From an uncultured delta proteobacterium (GTDB lineage Bacteria; Myxococcota_A; Polyangia; Polyangiales; B10-G4): a DNA stretch of 64,000 nt. The stretch covers positions 256,001-320,000 of the forward strand of contig CAVSGI010000015.1 in the NCBI GenBank assembly GCA_963727445.1, read 5' to 3'. The position numbers and the translations under genes were made by a program. The notes beneath the pieces were generated by a model. That model had not been told where the DNA came from and searched no databases. It saw only the letters and a program-made list of their open reading frames with translations. Of this stretch, positions 1-9,405 are shown one piece after another. Numbering within the stretch: position 1 is the stretch's first letter; every line of letters begins with the position of its first letter.

Positions 1-12
1 TATCATGGGCGA

Positions 13-2040
13 GTGGGTGCCGCCGCACCGCTCCTCCTCGCCCTGCTTCACATAGCCCTCGGCTGCAGTGACGACACGACCGCAGCCGACGCGGCGGCGG
101 ACACGGGACGCGACGGCGCGCCGCCGCTCGACGCGATGCCGGTGGAGGTGGTGCCCGACCCGCCGATGCCCGCGGCGCTCCCCGTTCTGACGCCGTGCCC
201 CGACGGCTGGAGCGAGGTGGACGTCGCGGGCGTGACGACGTGCGAACCCTGGACGCGGGCGGACGGGCCGGGCTGCGCCGCGGGCGAGGCGCGCTTCGTC
301 GGTGAGAGTTGCGCTCCTCTCGGTCACGCGTGTCCGAGCGACGGGGTCCCCACCGATCTGCCCGCCGGCCCGGTCATCCACGTCTCCGCCGGCGCCACCA
401 TGGGTGACGGCTCGCTGGGCGCACCCTTCGGCACCATCGCCGAAGCCACCGCGGCGGCGGTCGATGGCGATGTGATCGCAGTGCACAGCGGCACCTACAC
501 AGAGGCGGTCGATCTGTCGACGCCAGGCGTCACCCTGATCGGCGCGTGCACCGCGGAGACGATCATCGACGCCCCCGACGGCCCCGTGAGCTCCGCCGCC
601 GTGCTCATGACGGCCGACGTCTCCGTGTCGCGGATCACGGTCCGCGGCGGGCGCCCCGGTCTGCGCGCCCAGGGAGCGACTGGCACCGTCAGCGACGTGT
701 GGGTCGAATCGAGCTTCATGGGCGTGGTCGTCACCGGCGCGGGCGCCCTGGTCGCCAACGGGCTGGTGGTGCGCGACATCGCCCCCGGCACCAGCTTCGG
801 ATACGGCTTCTTCGTGAACGCCGGAGCGACCCTCGAGGTGCATCGCGGGCTCTTCGAAGACCTCCACGCTTTCGGTCTCGCGATGAGCGATAGCGGCTCC
901 TCCGCGCTCTTCGAGGACGTCGCCTTTCGCGACACGAACGCCGCGCCGGACGGCACCCTGGGAACGGCCCTCGCGGTGCAGGGCGAAGCCGTTCTCACCA
1001 TTCGCCGCTCGGTCGTGGAGGGCGCGATCTCCGCCGGGATCCTGGCGCAGCTCGACGCCGAGGCGACCATCGAAGACGTGCTGGTGCGCGACATCGTCCA
1101 CGGAACGTCGCCCGACGACGGCTTCGGGATCGCCGCGGTCACGCGCGGCATCGCCCACGGCTCGAGGGTGCGGGTGCACGCCGCGACCTCGACCGGGCTG
1201 GCGGCCACCGGCTTCTCTTCCGAGATCAGCGCCGAAGACGTCGTGGTCCACGACATGCGCCCGAGCGGCGGCGAGGGTGGCGGCGGCGCCGGCGCGTTCT
1301 ACGACACCGGCGCCAGCGGCGTCGTCGAACGCATCCTCGTTCACCGCGGCGTCGGCGCGAGCATCGGCTTTCTCGGAACCGACCTGGACGTCGTCATTCG
1401 CGATGCGACCTGCCTGGACACCCAGGTGGACGCCGCCGTTGGCGTCAGTGGCGTGGGCTTCGATGTGCGGATGCAGGCGCACGCCACCATCGAGCGCGCG
1501 CTGGTTAACGGAGCCGTCGCGGCTGGTCTCGTCGTGAGCTCCGAGGGCGCGCTCCTCGACGCGAGCGATCTGCAGGTCCAGGGCGTCCGCCCCACACCCG
1601 CCAGCGACACCCTCGGCCGCGGCGCCAGCATCCAGCTCGGCGCCGAGCTCGACTGCGCCCGCTGCGCATTCCACGACGCGGTGGAAGCGGGCGTGCTCAT
1701 CCACTCCAGCATCGCGCGCTTCTCCGACCTTCGCGTCGAGGACATCGCGTCGAGCAACACCAGTGGCGCGGGCATGGGCGTGGTGGTGGTCGTGGGCGAC
1801 GCCGGCAACACCACCATCGAGCGCTTCCTCGTTCGACGCGGCGCGGTCGCCGGCGTGCAGATCGCGGACGGCGGCGACCTCACGCTTCGCGACGGCGTCA
1901 TCGCCGACAACCCCATCGGCGTCAACGTGCAGGACGCGCCGCCCGATCAGAGCGCGCTCTCCGACGGCGTCGTCTACCGCGACAACGGCCAGAACCTCGA
2001 CGCCACCAGCCTCCCGGTCCCCGAAGCGGGACCGTTCTGA
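13..2040 (+). CDS. Lipoprotein with Cys-rich N-domain and right-handed parallel beta-helix (pectin-lyase-like/DUF1565-like), paralog 1
   Basis: Lipobox IALG-C; GDGSLGAPFGTIAEA...GDVIAVHSGTYTE motif typical of beta-helix N-termini; long Gly/Val/Ala-rich repeats; paralogous to 2081, 4102, 63161. Confidence 0.75.
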   Translation: MGAAAPLLLALLHIALGCSDDTTAADAAADTGRDGAPPLDAMPVEVVPDPPMPAALPVLTPCPDGWSEVDVAGVTTCEPWTRADGPGCAAGEARFVGESCAPLGHACPSDGVPTDLPAGPVIHVSAGATMGDGSLGAPFGTIAEATAAAVDGDVIAVHSGTYTEAVDLSTPGVTLIGACTAETIIDAPDGPVSSAAVLMTADVSVSRITVRGGRPGLRAQGATGTVSDVWVESSFMGVVVTGAGALVANGLVVRDIAPGTSFGYGFFVNAGATLEVHRGLFEDLHAFGLAMSDSGSSALFEDVAFRDTNAAPDGTLGTALAVQGEAVLTIRRSVVEGAISAGILAQLDAEATIEDVLVRDIVHGTSPDDGFGIAAVTRGIAHGSRVRVHAATSTGLAATGFSSEISAEDVVVHDMRPSGGEGGGGAGAFYDTGASGVVERILVHRGVGASIGFLGTDLDVVIRDATCLDTQVDAAVGVSGVGFDVRMQAHATIERALVNGAVAAGLVVSSEGALLDASDLQVQGVRPTPASDTLGRGASIQLGAELDCARCAFHDAVEAGVLIHSSIARFSDLRVEDIASSNTSGAGMGVVVVVGDAGNTTIERFLVRRGAVAGVQIADGGDLTLRDGVIADNPIGVNVQDAPPDQSALSDGVVYRDNGQNLDATSLPVPEAGPF

Positions 2041-2080
2041 AGCCCCCGGGAACGCTTCATCGCGGTGATACGATGGATCC

Positions 2081-4105
2081 GTGAACGCCTGCCGCGCGTG
2101 CTTCGCGGTCCTCGCGCTCGTCGGTTGTGGGGAGAAGAGCGTGCCGCCCGATGACGGTGGGACGGATGGCGAAGTCGCACCCGACGTGATCGCGCCGGTG
2201 ATCGCCATGCCCGAGGCGCCCATGCTTCCGTCGCCGGTGGACATGGGAAGCTGCCCCGAAGGATGGGAGCCCACCGACCTGTCGGGGGTGACGGCCTGCC
2301 AGCCCTGGGCTCCGGATACGCCCGACTGCCTGGCGCCCGCCGTGCGATTTCCGGGGCAGGCCGCGTGCGCCGACGTCGGCGCCGATGTCTGCGTCGACGG
2401 CTTCCCCACGGACGTGTCCGGAACGAGGGTGGTGTACGTGGACGCGGGCGCGACCTCTGGAGACGGCTCGATGGCCGCGCCCTTCGCCACCATCGCCGAG
2501 GCCACAGCCGTCGCCGCAAGCGGTGAGACGATCGCGCTCGCCCCCGGCGTCTACCTCGAGGACGTCGCGCTCCCCGATGGCGTCTCGCTCCAGGGTGCGT
2601 GCGCCTCCACCACGATCATCGAGTCCGCGGAGGGACCGCTCTCCAGCGCGACGGTCGTCGCGGGAGATGGGTCGGCCCTCGCCGACCTCACGCTGCGGGG
2701 CCCGCGACCGGGCCTCCGCCTCGACGGCGTCTCCGCCGCAGCATCCCGCCTGCGGATCGAGGCACAGCACCTCGGCGTCGCCATCATCCACGGGGGCCAC
2801 CTCGACGGAGAAGATCTCGCCATCGTGGGCACGCGCGGCAGCCCGGGCGGCGGCCTGTTCCTGCTCAGCGGCTCGAGCGCCACCGTCGACGGGGCCTACC
2901 TCGACGACAACCAGACCTTCGGCGTCGGGGTCGGCGATTTCGGCTCGATGCTCACGCTGCGCCACGCGGTGATTCGACGAACCGCGCTCGTCGACATGCT
3001 CGGGGTGGGTGTGGCGGTCAGCGGCCCCGCCACGGTCGTGATCGAAGAGAGTGAGATCTCCGAGAACTCCACCGGCGGCGTCACCGCTCAGGACGGCATG
3101 ATCACCCTTCGCTCCGTCGTCATTCGTGACACGGAGGCCGGGCCGGATGGACTGCTGGGGGCCGGGATCGTCGCCACCGGCGGGGCGACCGTCGACATCG
3201 AGCGCTCTCTCGTCGCCCGGAACACGAGCGGCGCGCTCTCGCTGCTGGGGCTGCGCACCCACCTGACGGGGCGGGACGTGGTGCTCCTCGACACGCTCAG
3301 CCCGACGATGGGCGAAGGACTCGTGGCCGGAATCGGTCTGATCCTCGGCGACGGGAGCACGGCAGAGCTCACACGCACGCTTGTCGATGGCGCCGAAGGT
3401 CTCGGCGTCTCGGTCTCGGGGCTCGACTCCCACCTCGACGCCACCGACCTCACGGTGCGCAACATCTCCCCTCGTCCCGTCGACATGGCAGCCGGCCGCG
3501 GCGTCGACGTGGAGCGAGAAGCCAGCGCGAACCTGACGCGCCTGCTGGTCGAGGACGTGTACGGCTCGGCGCTCCTCGCCGCCGAGGTCGGCACGTCGAT
3601 CACCCTCACCGACACCACACTTCGCCGAGTTCGCTCGGACTTGCGAACCCGTTCGACCGGACGCGGCCTCACCATGCAATTCGGCGGCACCGTGGAAGCG
3701 TCACGACTCGCGATCGAGGACACGCGCGATGTCGGCATCCTCGCCTATGGTGAAGGCGTGATGCTCCATGCGACGGATCTGTCGATCGACCGCACCGCCG
3801 AGCGGGAGTGTGCGGTCGACACCTGCATGGATTTTCGCTCGGGCAACGGCATCACGGCGAGCGACGGGGCGATCGCCGACATCCAGTCCTTCCGCATCGC
3901 CGACAGCAACCTGGTGGGCTTGCAGATCGCGCGCGGGTCGAGGGTCACGGCGCGCGATGGCCTCGTCACCCGCAACGCCGTCGGCGTCAACGCGCAAACG
4001 GATGGCTTCGATCCCATGGACGTCTCTCAGAACGTTCAGTTCATCGACAACGGGATCAACTTCGACGGAAGCGCGTTACCCATCCCCCAGCCGGGGATGC
4101 GGTGA
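2081..4105 (+). CDS. Beta-helix lipoprotein, paralog 2
   Basis: Lipobox ALVG-C; CPEGW...CQPW motif; GDGSMAAPFATIAEA; shared C-terminal FDGSALPIP tail. Confidence 0.75.
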   Translation: MNACRACFAVLALVGCGEKSVPPDDGGTDGEVAPDVIAPVIAMPEAPMLPSPVDMGSCPEGWEPTDLSGVTACQPWAPDTPDCLAPAVRFPGQAACADVGADVCVDGFPTDVSGTRVVYVDAGATSGDGSMAAPFATIAEATAVAASGETIALAPGVYLEDVALPDGVSLQGACASTTIIESAEGPLSSATVVAGDGSALADLTLRGPRPGLRLDGVSAAASRLRIEAQHLGVAIIHGGHLDGEDLAIVGTRGSPGGGLFLLSGSSATVDGAYLDDNQTFGVGVGDFGSMLTLRHAVIRRTALVDMLGVGVAVSGPATVVIEESEISENSTGGVTAQDGMITLRSVVIRDTEAGPDGLLGAGIVATGGATVDIERSLVARNTSGALSLLGLRTHLTGRDVVLLDTLSPTMGEGLVAGIGLILGDGSTAELTRTLVDGAEGLGVSVSGLDSHLDATDLTVRNISPRPVDMAAGRGVDVEREASANLTRLLVEDVYGSALLAAEVGTSITLTDTTLRRVRSDLRTRSTGRGLTMQFGGTVEASRLAIEDTRDVGILAYGEGVMLHATDLSIDRTAERECAVDTCMDFRSGNGITASDGAIADIQSFRIADSNLVGLQIARGSRVTARDGLVTRNAVGVNAQTDGFDPMDVSQNVQFIDNGINFDGSALPIPQPGMR

Positions 4106-6102
4106 GGCGCGCCGCCCTCGCGGCCGCATTGCTCGCGGCAGCCGCCTGCAGTGACGACGTGGGCCCAGTCGACGCGCGCGTGGATGCGGCCGACGCTGCG
4201 CCCGATGCCGCGCCTCTCGAGATCGTCCCCCAGGCGCCGACCGCGCCCGCGCTCCCCGACTTCGGCGGCTGCCCCCGCGGCTGGTCGGCCCGCGCGGTGG
4301 GAGATGCGGCGGGATGCGAACCGTGGACTCTCGACGAGGGCCCGGCGTGTCCCGATGGGGAGGTGCGCTTCGTGGGCGAAGGGTGTGCTCCCCTCGGCCC
4401 GTCTTGTCCCGCCGATGGTGTCCCCGAGGGTCTGTCCGGCGCCGAGATCCACGTGCGGGCCGGCGCGAGCGGCGGGGACGGCTCGCTCGCGGCGCCCTAC
4501 GGCACCATCGGCGAAGCGATCGCATTCGCGACCGCCGGCGACACGATCGCAGTCCACAGCGGCACCTACACCGAAGCGGTGGACCTGACGGCGCTGCCCG
4601 GCGTTTCCCTCTTCGGCGCCTGCGCCAGTGGCACCGTCCTCACCCTGCCGGATCCGGGCGGCGACCCGATGGTCGAGCTCGGCGAGGGCTGTCATCTCGA
4701 GCGCGTCTCGATCTTCGCCGAACGACCGGGTGTGCGCGTGCGTGGGGTCTCAGCGACGGTGCGCGACGTCTGGGTCGAAGGGCAATCGGCGGGCTTCGTC
4801 GTCACCACGGGCGGGCAGCTGACCGCCGATGGGATCGTCGCCATGCACACCAGCCTCGGGCCGAGCGACGTGGGCATGGGCGCCTTCGTCTACGACGGCT
4901 CCCACGCCGAGCTGCGCCGCGTGTACTTCGACGACGTGCGCGCTTTCGGGCTGGGCGTGTCCACGAGTACCGTGATCCTCGAAGACGCCGTCATCCGAAA
5001 CGTGGACACGACCACCGAAGGGGTCCTCGGTCAGGGTGTCGCGGTCCAGGAAGCGGGCGAAGCGACGCTGCGCCGCGTGGTGATCGAGCACGCGCGGACC
5101 GCCGCCATCTTCGCTCAGCTCGGCGGGCGGGTGACGCTCGAAGACGCGGTGCTTCGCGACATCGTCGCCGGCAGCGACGACGCCAGCGGCTTCGGGCTCA
5201 CGGCGAACCAGGAGGCGACGGTCGATGTCTCGCGCACGTGGATCCACGGCGCGACCACCACCGGGCTGGTTCTGGTGGGCCACCGGGGAGCCATCACCGG
5301 CCGCGAGCTGATCATCGACGAGGTGCGCCCACGTCCGATGGGGAACAACGGGGGCGCTGCCGTGGTCTTCGACACCGGAACGACGGCGCTCCTCGAACGG
5401 CTCTACGTCGAGCGGAGCCATGGCGCCGGCGTGGCGCTCCTCGGCGCCGATCTGGACGTGACGCTCCGAGACCTGACGGTGAAAGACGTGCAGCCCGACC
5501 CGGCCACCGGTGCGATCGGCTCGGGCCTCGATCTCCGGATGGACGCGGACGCCGTCGTGGAGCGGGCGTCGGTCGCGGGCTCCACCGGGACGGGGATCCT
5601 GGCGAGCGACGTGGGCTCCACGCTCACCGCGCGCGATCTGAGGGTCGAAGCAACGCTGGCGACGGAGATGGGCTTCGCCGGTCGCGGCCTGACCGCGCAG
5701 CTCGGGGCGGGCCTCTCCTGCACGCGCTGCGCCTTCGCCGACAACGTGGAAGCGGGGGTGCTCCTTCACGGCCCTGAAGGGGAGCGGCGCCTCACGGAGG
5801 TGACGATCGAGGGGACGCGCATCAACGCGGGCAGCGGCGCGGCGATGGGTGTGGTCGCGGTGCGCGAAGCGACGGGGCGGATCGAGCGCTTCCTGATCCG
5901 CGACAACGCGGTGGCCGGGATCCAGATCGCGGACGGCGGCCATCTCGTGCTTCACGACGGGGTGATCGCCGACAACCCGGTCGGTGTGAACGTCCAGGAC
6001 GCGCCCCCGGACGAAGAGGCCCTGTCGGACGGCGTCGTCTACCGGGACAACGATCAGAACCTCGATTCGAGCGCGCTGCCCGTTCCGTCGACCGGGCCTT
6101 GA
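4102..6102 (+). CDS. Beta-helix lipoprotein, paralog 3
   Basis: Start reassigned from 3808 to GTG 4102 (GTGA overlap with upstream stop), giving signal VRRAALAAALLAAAA-C; strong similarity to paralog 1. Confidence 0.78.
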   Translation: MRRAALAAALLAAAACSDDVGPVDARVDAADAAPDAAPLEIVPQAPTAPALPDFGGCPRGWSARAVGDAAGCEPWTLDEGPACPDGEVRFVGEGCAPLGPSCPADGVPEGLSGAEIHVRAGASGGDGSLAAPYGTIGEAIAFATAGDTIAVHSGTYTEAVDLTALPGVSLFGACASGTVLTLPDPGGDPMVELGEGCHLERVSIFAERPGVRVRGVSATVRDVWVEGQSAGFVVTTGGQLTADGIVAMHTSLGPSDVGMGAFVYDGSHAELRRVYFDDVRAFGLGVSTSTVILEDAVIRNVDTTTEGVLGQGVAVQEAGEATLRRVVIEHARTAAIFAQLGGRVTLEDAVLRDIVAGSDDASGFGLTANQEATVDVSRTWIHGATTTGLVLVGHRGAITGRELIIDEVRPRPMGNNGGAAVVFDTGTTALLERLYVERSHGAGVALLGADLDVTLRDLTVKDVQPDPATGAIGSGLDLRMDADAVVERASVAGSTGTGILASDVGSTLTARDLRVEATLATEMGFAGRGLTAQLGAGLSCTRCAFADNVEAGVLLHGPEGERRLTEVTIEGTRINAGSGAAMGVVAVREATGRIERFLIRDNAVAGIQIADGGHLVLHDGVIADNPVGVNVQDAPPDEEALSDGVVYRDNDQNLDSSALPVPSTGP

Positions 6103-6163
6103 GCCTCCACCACCGCGCGCGCCGCCGTGAATGCCCCCGCCGCCGGCCGCAACGATCCGAGTG

Positions 6164-6652
6164 ATGCCCCGAAGAAGTCTCGCCATGTGGATGGCGGGGG
6201 TGGGTGTGGTGTGTGCGCTCGCCGCCGCGCCCGCCCGCGCCCAGAGCCCCAATCACGGTGTCGCCGCCAAGGCCGCGGTCGACCACGCCATGTCCCGCGC
6301 GTGGCAGGTCAGCCGGCGGGTGGCGAGCGGCCTCGACCGGGCGCGCACCTCGCGCGACCGCATCCAGGCCCACTGCCTCGACCGCACGCTGTCGGAGGTC
6401 AACGCCGTCCTCAGGATGCTGAGGCACCACGAGGATCGCCTCGACGAGGTCGACCCGCGGGAGATCCACCATCTGCGCACGGTCTTCCAGGTCCTCGAGC
6501 GCCGGCTCACGGATCTCGAAGGCCAGGCCATGGTCTGCGAGGGCGCGGACCCCAGTCAGGAGCGCGCCACCACCCACGTCGAGGTCTCGATCAGCCCCGA
6601 AACCCCACGGATCGACCCCTCCAGGCTGCCCCGCCCCCGACAGCTCTTCTGA
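6164..6652 (+). CDS. Small secreted helical protein of unknown function
   Basis: Signal peptide ending ARA-Q; amphipathic helices with two Cys; high GC3; start uncertain (6131/6164). Confidence 0.6.
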   Translation: MPRRSLAMWMAGVGVVCALAAAPARAQSPNHGVAAKAAVDHAMSRAWQVSRRVASGLDRARTSRDRIQAHCLDRTLSEVNAVLRMLRHHEDRLDEVDPREIHHLRTVFQVLERRLTDLEGQAMVCEGADPSQERATTHVEVSISPETPRIDPSRLPRPRQLF

Positions 6653-6727
6653 GCCGGGGCAGGGACTTGCGCCGGCAAGCCCGGCATGCCACCTTCCGCG
6701 CCCCCAGACGGAAAGAGGCGATTTTCG

Positions 6728-6949
6728 ATGAAGAGTGAGGCAGTCATCTGTAAGCCCGTGGAAGTCGTGGTCGGAGACAAGGGTCTCGACCGCGCGGTGA
6801 AGCACCTCAAGCGCAAGATGGCGTCGGAGGGCATCCTCCGTGAGCTGAAGCGTCGCCGTCACTACATGAAGCCCTCGGTTCGCCGTCGGAAGAAGGAAGC
6901 GGAGGCCGCGCGCCGCCGCCGCAAGCGCGTCAAGCAGCTCGGCGCCTGA
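6728..6949 (+). CDS. rpsU: 30S ribosomal protein S21
   Basis: LDRAVKHLKRKMASEGILRELKRRRHYMKPSVRRRKK is the S21 signature; purine-rich RBS upstream. Confidence 0.95.
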   Translation: MKSEAVICKPVEVVVGDKGLDRAVKHLKRKMASEGILRELKRRRHYMKPSVRRRKKEAEAARRRRKRVKQLGA

Positions 6950-6973
6950 GCCCGACGACGACTCGTGTTATTC

Positions 6974-7011
6974 AAGAGCTCCGCACCACGCGTGCGGGGC
7001 TCTTTTCGTTT
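6974..7011 (+). terminator. Rho-independent terminator after rpsU
   Basis: 13-bp stem AAGAGCTCCGCAC/GTGCGGGGCTCTT (one G-U pair), 5-nt loop, then TTCGTTT. Confidence 0.8.
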
Positions 7012-7027
7012 GCGAGCGTGGGTGTCG

Positions 7028-7546
7028 ATGACCTGGATCTTTGGATACGGATCGTTGGTGTGGCGGCCGGCCTTTCCCTACCAGGAGAAGCAGCCAGCGT
7101 TCATCCGCGGGTTCGTGCGCCGCTTCTGGCAGGGGTCGACGGATCATCGAGGCGTACCGGGAGCGCCGGGGCGGGTGGTCACGCTGATCCCCAAGGAGAG
7201 CGCGCTGACCTGGGGCACGGCCTATCGCCTCGCCGACGAACATCGCGACGAAGTGATGGCGCAGCTCGATCATCGCGAGCAGGGCGGCTACACGCATCAC
7301 CGCACGATGGTCTTCGCCCGCGACGGCTCGGTCCTCGAGGAGGCGCTGGTCTACGTCGCCACCGAGACCAACGCGAACTGGCTCGGCGATGCGCCCCTCG
7401 ACATCATCGCCGACCAGGTGCGCGGCTCCCGCGGGCCGAGCGGCGACAACGTCGAGTACGTGGTGGAGCTGGCCCGCGCGCTCCGGGAAATGGGAGCGGA
7501 AGATCCCCACGTCTTCGAGCTCGAAGCGTTGGTGCGCCCCGGCTGA
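7028..7546 (+). CDS. chaC: ChaC-family gamma-glutamylcyclotransferase
   Basis: WIFGYGSLVW, RRFWQGSTDHRG..PGRVVTL, LDHRE, GPSGDNVEY motifs. Confidence 0.9.
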   Translation: MTWIFGYGSLVWRPAFPYQEKQPAFIRGFVRRFWQGSTDHRGVPGAPGRVVTLIPKESALTWGTAYRLADEHRDEVMAQLDHREQGGYTHHRTMVFARDGSVLEEALVYVATETNANWLGDAPLDIIADQVRGSRGPSGDNVEYVVELARALREMGAEDPHVFELEALVRPG

Positions 7547-7558
7547 TATCCTCGGGCC

Positions 7559-8206
7559 ATGGGGGCCCCTCTGATCTTTCTCGCGCTCCTCGTCGCGACC
7601 GCTGCGGGGGCGTGCACCGAATCCACCACCCAGTGCACGAGCTCGCTCGATTGCCCGGCGGGCAACCGCTGCGTCGAAGGCGTCTGTCAGGCGTCGATGG
7701 ACGGCAGCCCGCCGGACGGATCGCCGGATACGGGCACGGCTGACGCCGGCACGATGGATACCGGCACGGTCGACACCGGGGCGATGGACACGGGCGTCGA
7801 CACGGGCTCGATCGATACCGGCACCGCCGATACCGGCACCGCCGACACCGGCACGAGCGACACCAGCCCAACCGACACCGGCGCGGCCGACACCGGGGTG
7901 GATACGGGCACGCCCGAGTGCACGGCGGGCATGTACCGGACCTGCCCGGGCCCGGGCGGGCAGTACTGCCTGCCCTCCGGGATGTGGAGCGCGTGTCTGA
8001 CCGCGGATCCGACCTGCACTGGTGCAGGCGGCTCCTACACGGGCTGTCGCGGTACGGGCTGCTCGGTCTGCACCGATCTGCTCACCACCTACGACTGCTA
8101 CTTCGAGAACCACCCGAGCTGCGTGCCGAATCCAACCTGCGCCGGCCTCTATTACACCTGCTCGCCCGGTTGCCCGGCGCCCACGGCCGCCGATCGCTGT
8201 CCCTGA
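7559..8206 (+). CDS. Cys-rich lipoprotein with DTG-repeat linker
   Basis: Lipobox AAGA-C; N-terminal C-C-C-C module; DTGxx repeats; Cys-rich C-terminal domain. Confidence 0.75.
   Translation: MGAPLIFLALLVATAAGACTESTTQCTSSLDCPAGNRCVEGVCQASMDGSPPDGSPDTGTADAGTMDTGTVDTGAMDTGVDTGSIDTGTADTGTADTGTSDTSPTDTGAADTGVDTGTPECTAGMYRTCPGPGGQYCLPSGMWSACLTADPTCTGAGGSYTGCRGTGCSVCTDLLTTYDCYFENHPSCVPNPTCAGLYYTCSPGCPAPTAADRCP
7727..7910 (+). repeat. Imperfect ~15-bp coding tandem repeat (DTGxx)n
   Basis: Repeated GA(C/T)AC(C/G)GG units within the CDS. Confidence 0.8.
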
Positions 8207-9256
8207 TCAGAGCCCGAAGCTCGCCGTCGCGGCGGTGAAGGCCGCCCAGCCGAGCCAGCCGAGGCCGCTCGAGACAGCGCGCCGCTGCGCCGCGCGACGA
8301 CTCCCGCGAAAGACCGCGTCGGCCGTGACACGCTGCGCGTTGCTGCGGTAGGCGCTCTCGGCGGTCTGCCCGAGCTGGTAGGCGAGGAGGGTGAGGACCC
8401 TGTCCTCTTCGCTCACTGTGGAGGCGTCGATGTGAACCTTGATCGTGCTTCCGTCGGCGCGGACGACGCGGGCGGGCTGGCCCGCTTCGGTCGGGAGGTG
8501 GAGCTCGGGGGCGCGGCCGAGGCGCGCGAACACCAGGACGCGTTGAAGCGCGACGAGGGCGAAGAGGACGGACAACGCGAGCATGCCGATGGCCCAGATG
8601 GCGTGGCGGTCGTCGATCGCCTGAGCCCCGCGGGGCACGCCCGAGAGCGCGGTGCGATAGGCGTAGAGCCCGACCGCGGCCAAGGAGAGGAGGAGCGGCG
8701 CCCCCAGCCCCCACTCCCCGACGCGTCGGCGCAGGCTTGGCGACGGCGAGGAGGCGGCCACGCCGAGACCGATGCCCGACACCAGCGTCGCCGCCGCGAG
8801 GGTGCCGAAGATCTCACTGCCCTCGCTCGCGCCGAGGCGCCACATCGCGTAGGGCGCGAGCACCGTCACCACTACCGCCAGGAGCACCGCGAGGCCCGCT
8901 TCGGTGTAGACGCCGCCACGGATGAAATGCCCCGCCCACCGAATGCTCGCGCTGAGGCTCGCGTGGACGAAGAGAGAGAGGACGAGGAGCCCGAATGGCG
9001 TGTCGATGGTGGCGTGGGTCAGCAGCACCAACATCCATCCCCCGAAACCGGCCGCGAACCCGGCGAGCATCACCATGCGCCCGTCGATCGCGCCGCCCGT
9101 ATGGCGCACCATCGCCACGATCAACGCCCCACCGATGATCCCTGGCGCGCCGAAGAAGGTGAGCAGAGCGACGGCGAAGAGGGGCCAATAGGCGAGCGCC
9201 CGAGCCACCGTCACGAAAGTCGGCTCGTCCCAACGCCCCGCACCACCACGACCCAC
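8207..9256 (-). CDS. Multi-pass membrane protein of unknown function
   Basis: About 8 hydrophobic segments plus a C-terminal soluble domain; fills the gap between + strand genes. Confidence 0.65.
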   Translation of the reverse strand: MGRGGAGRWDEPTFVTVARALAYWPLFAVALLTFFGAPGIIGGALIVAMVRHTGGAIDGRMVMLAGFAAGFGGWMLVLLTHATIDTPFGLLVLSLFVHASLSASIRWAGHFIRGGVYTEAGLAVLLAVVVTVLAPYAMWRLGASEGSEIFGTLAAATLVSGIGLGVAASSPSPSLRRRVGEWGLGAPLLLSLAAVGLYAYRTALSGVPRGAQAIDDRHAIWAIGMLALSVLFALVALQRVLVFARLGRAPELHLPTEAGQPARVVRADGSTIKVHIDASTVSEEDRVLTLLAYQLGQTAESAYRSNAQRVTADAVFRGSRRAAQRRAVSSGLGWLGWAAFTAATASFGL

Positions 9257-9405
9257 CCCTCAAGCATGGGGCCGCCGAGGGCGGAGGCAAGGTGGGCCTG
9301 GTCGAAGGTGCCCAACCCGTGTCCAGAGGCTTTCTCATGTATCTTTGACCCACGCTCGTCGCGGCTCACCGGGTGCCGCAAAGAGGCGTGTCCTCGAGGT
9401 TCCCC

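Noticed and set aside
3808..4101. N-terminal extension of the third beta-helix gene
   Set aside because: Overlaps paralog 2; GTG 4102 gives a clean signal peptide and a GTGA overlap
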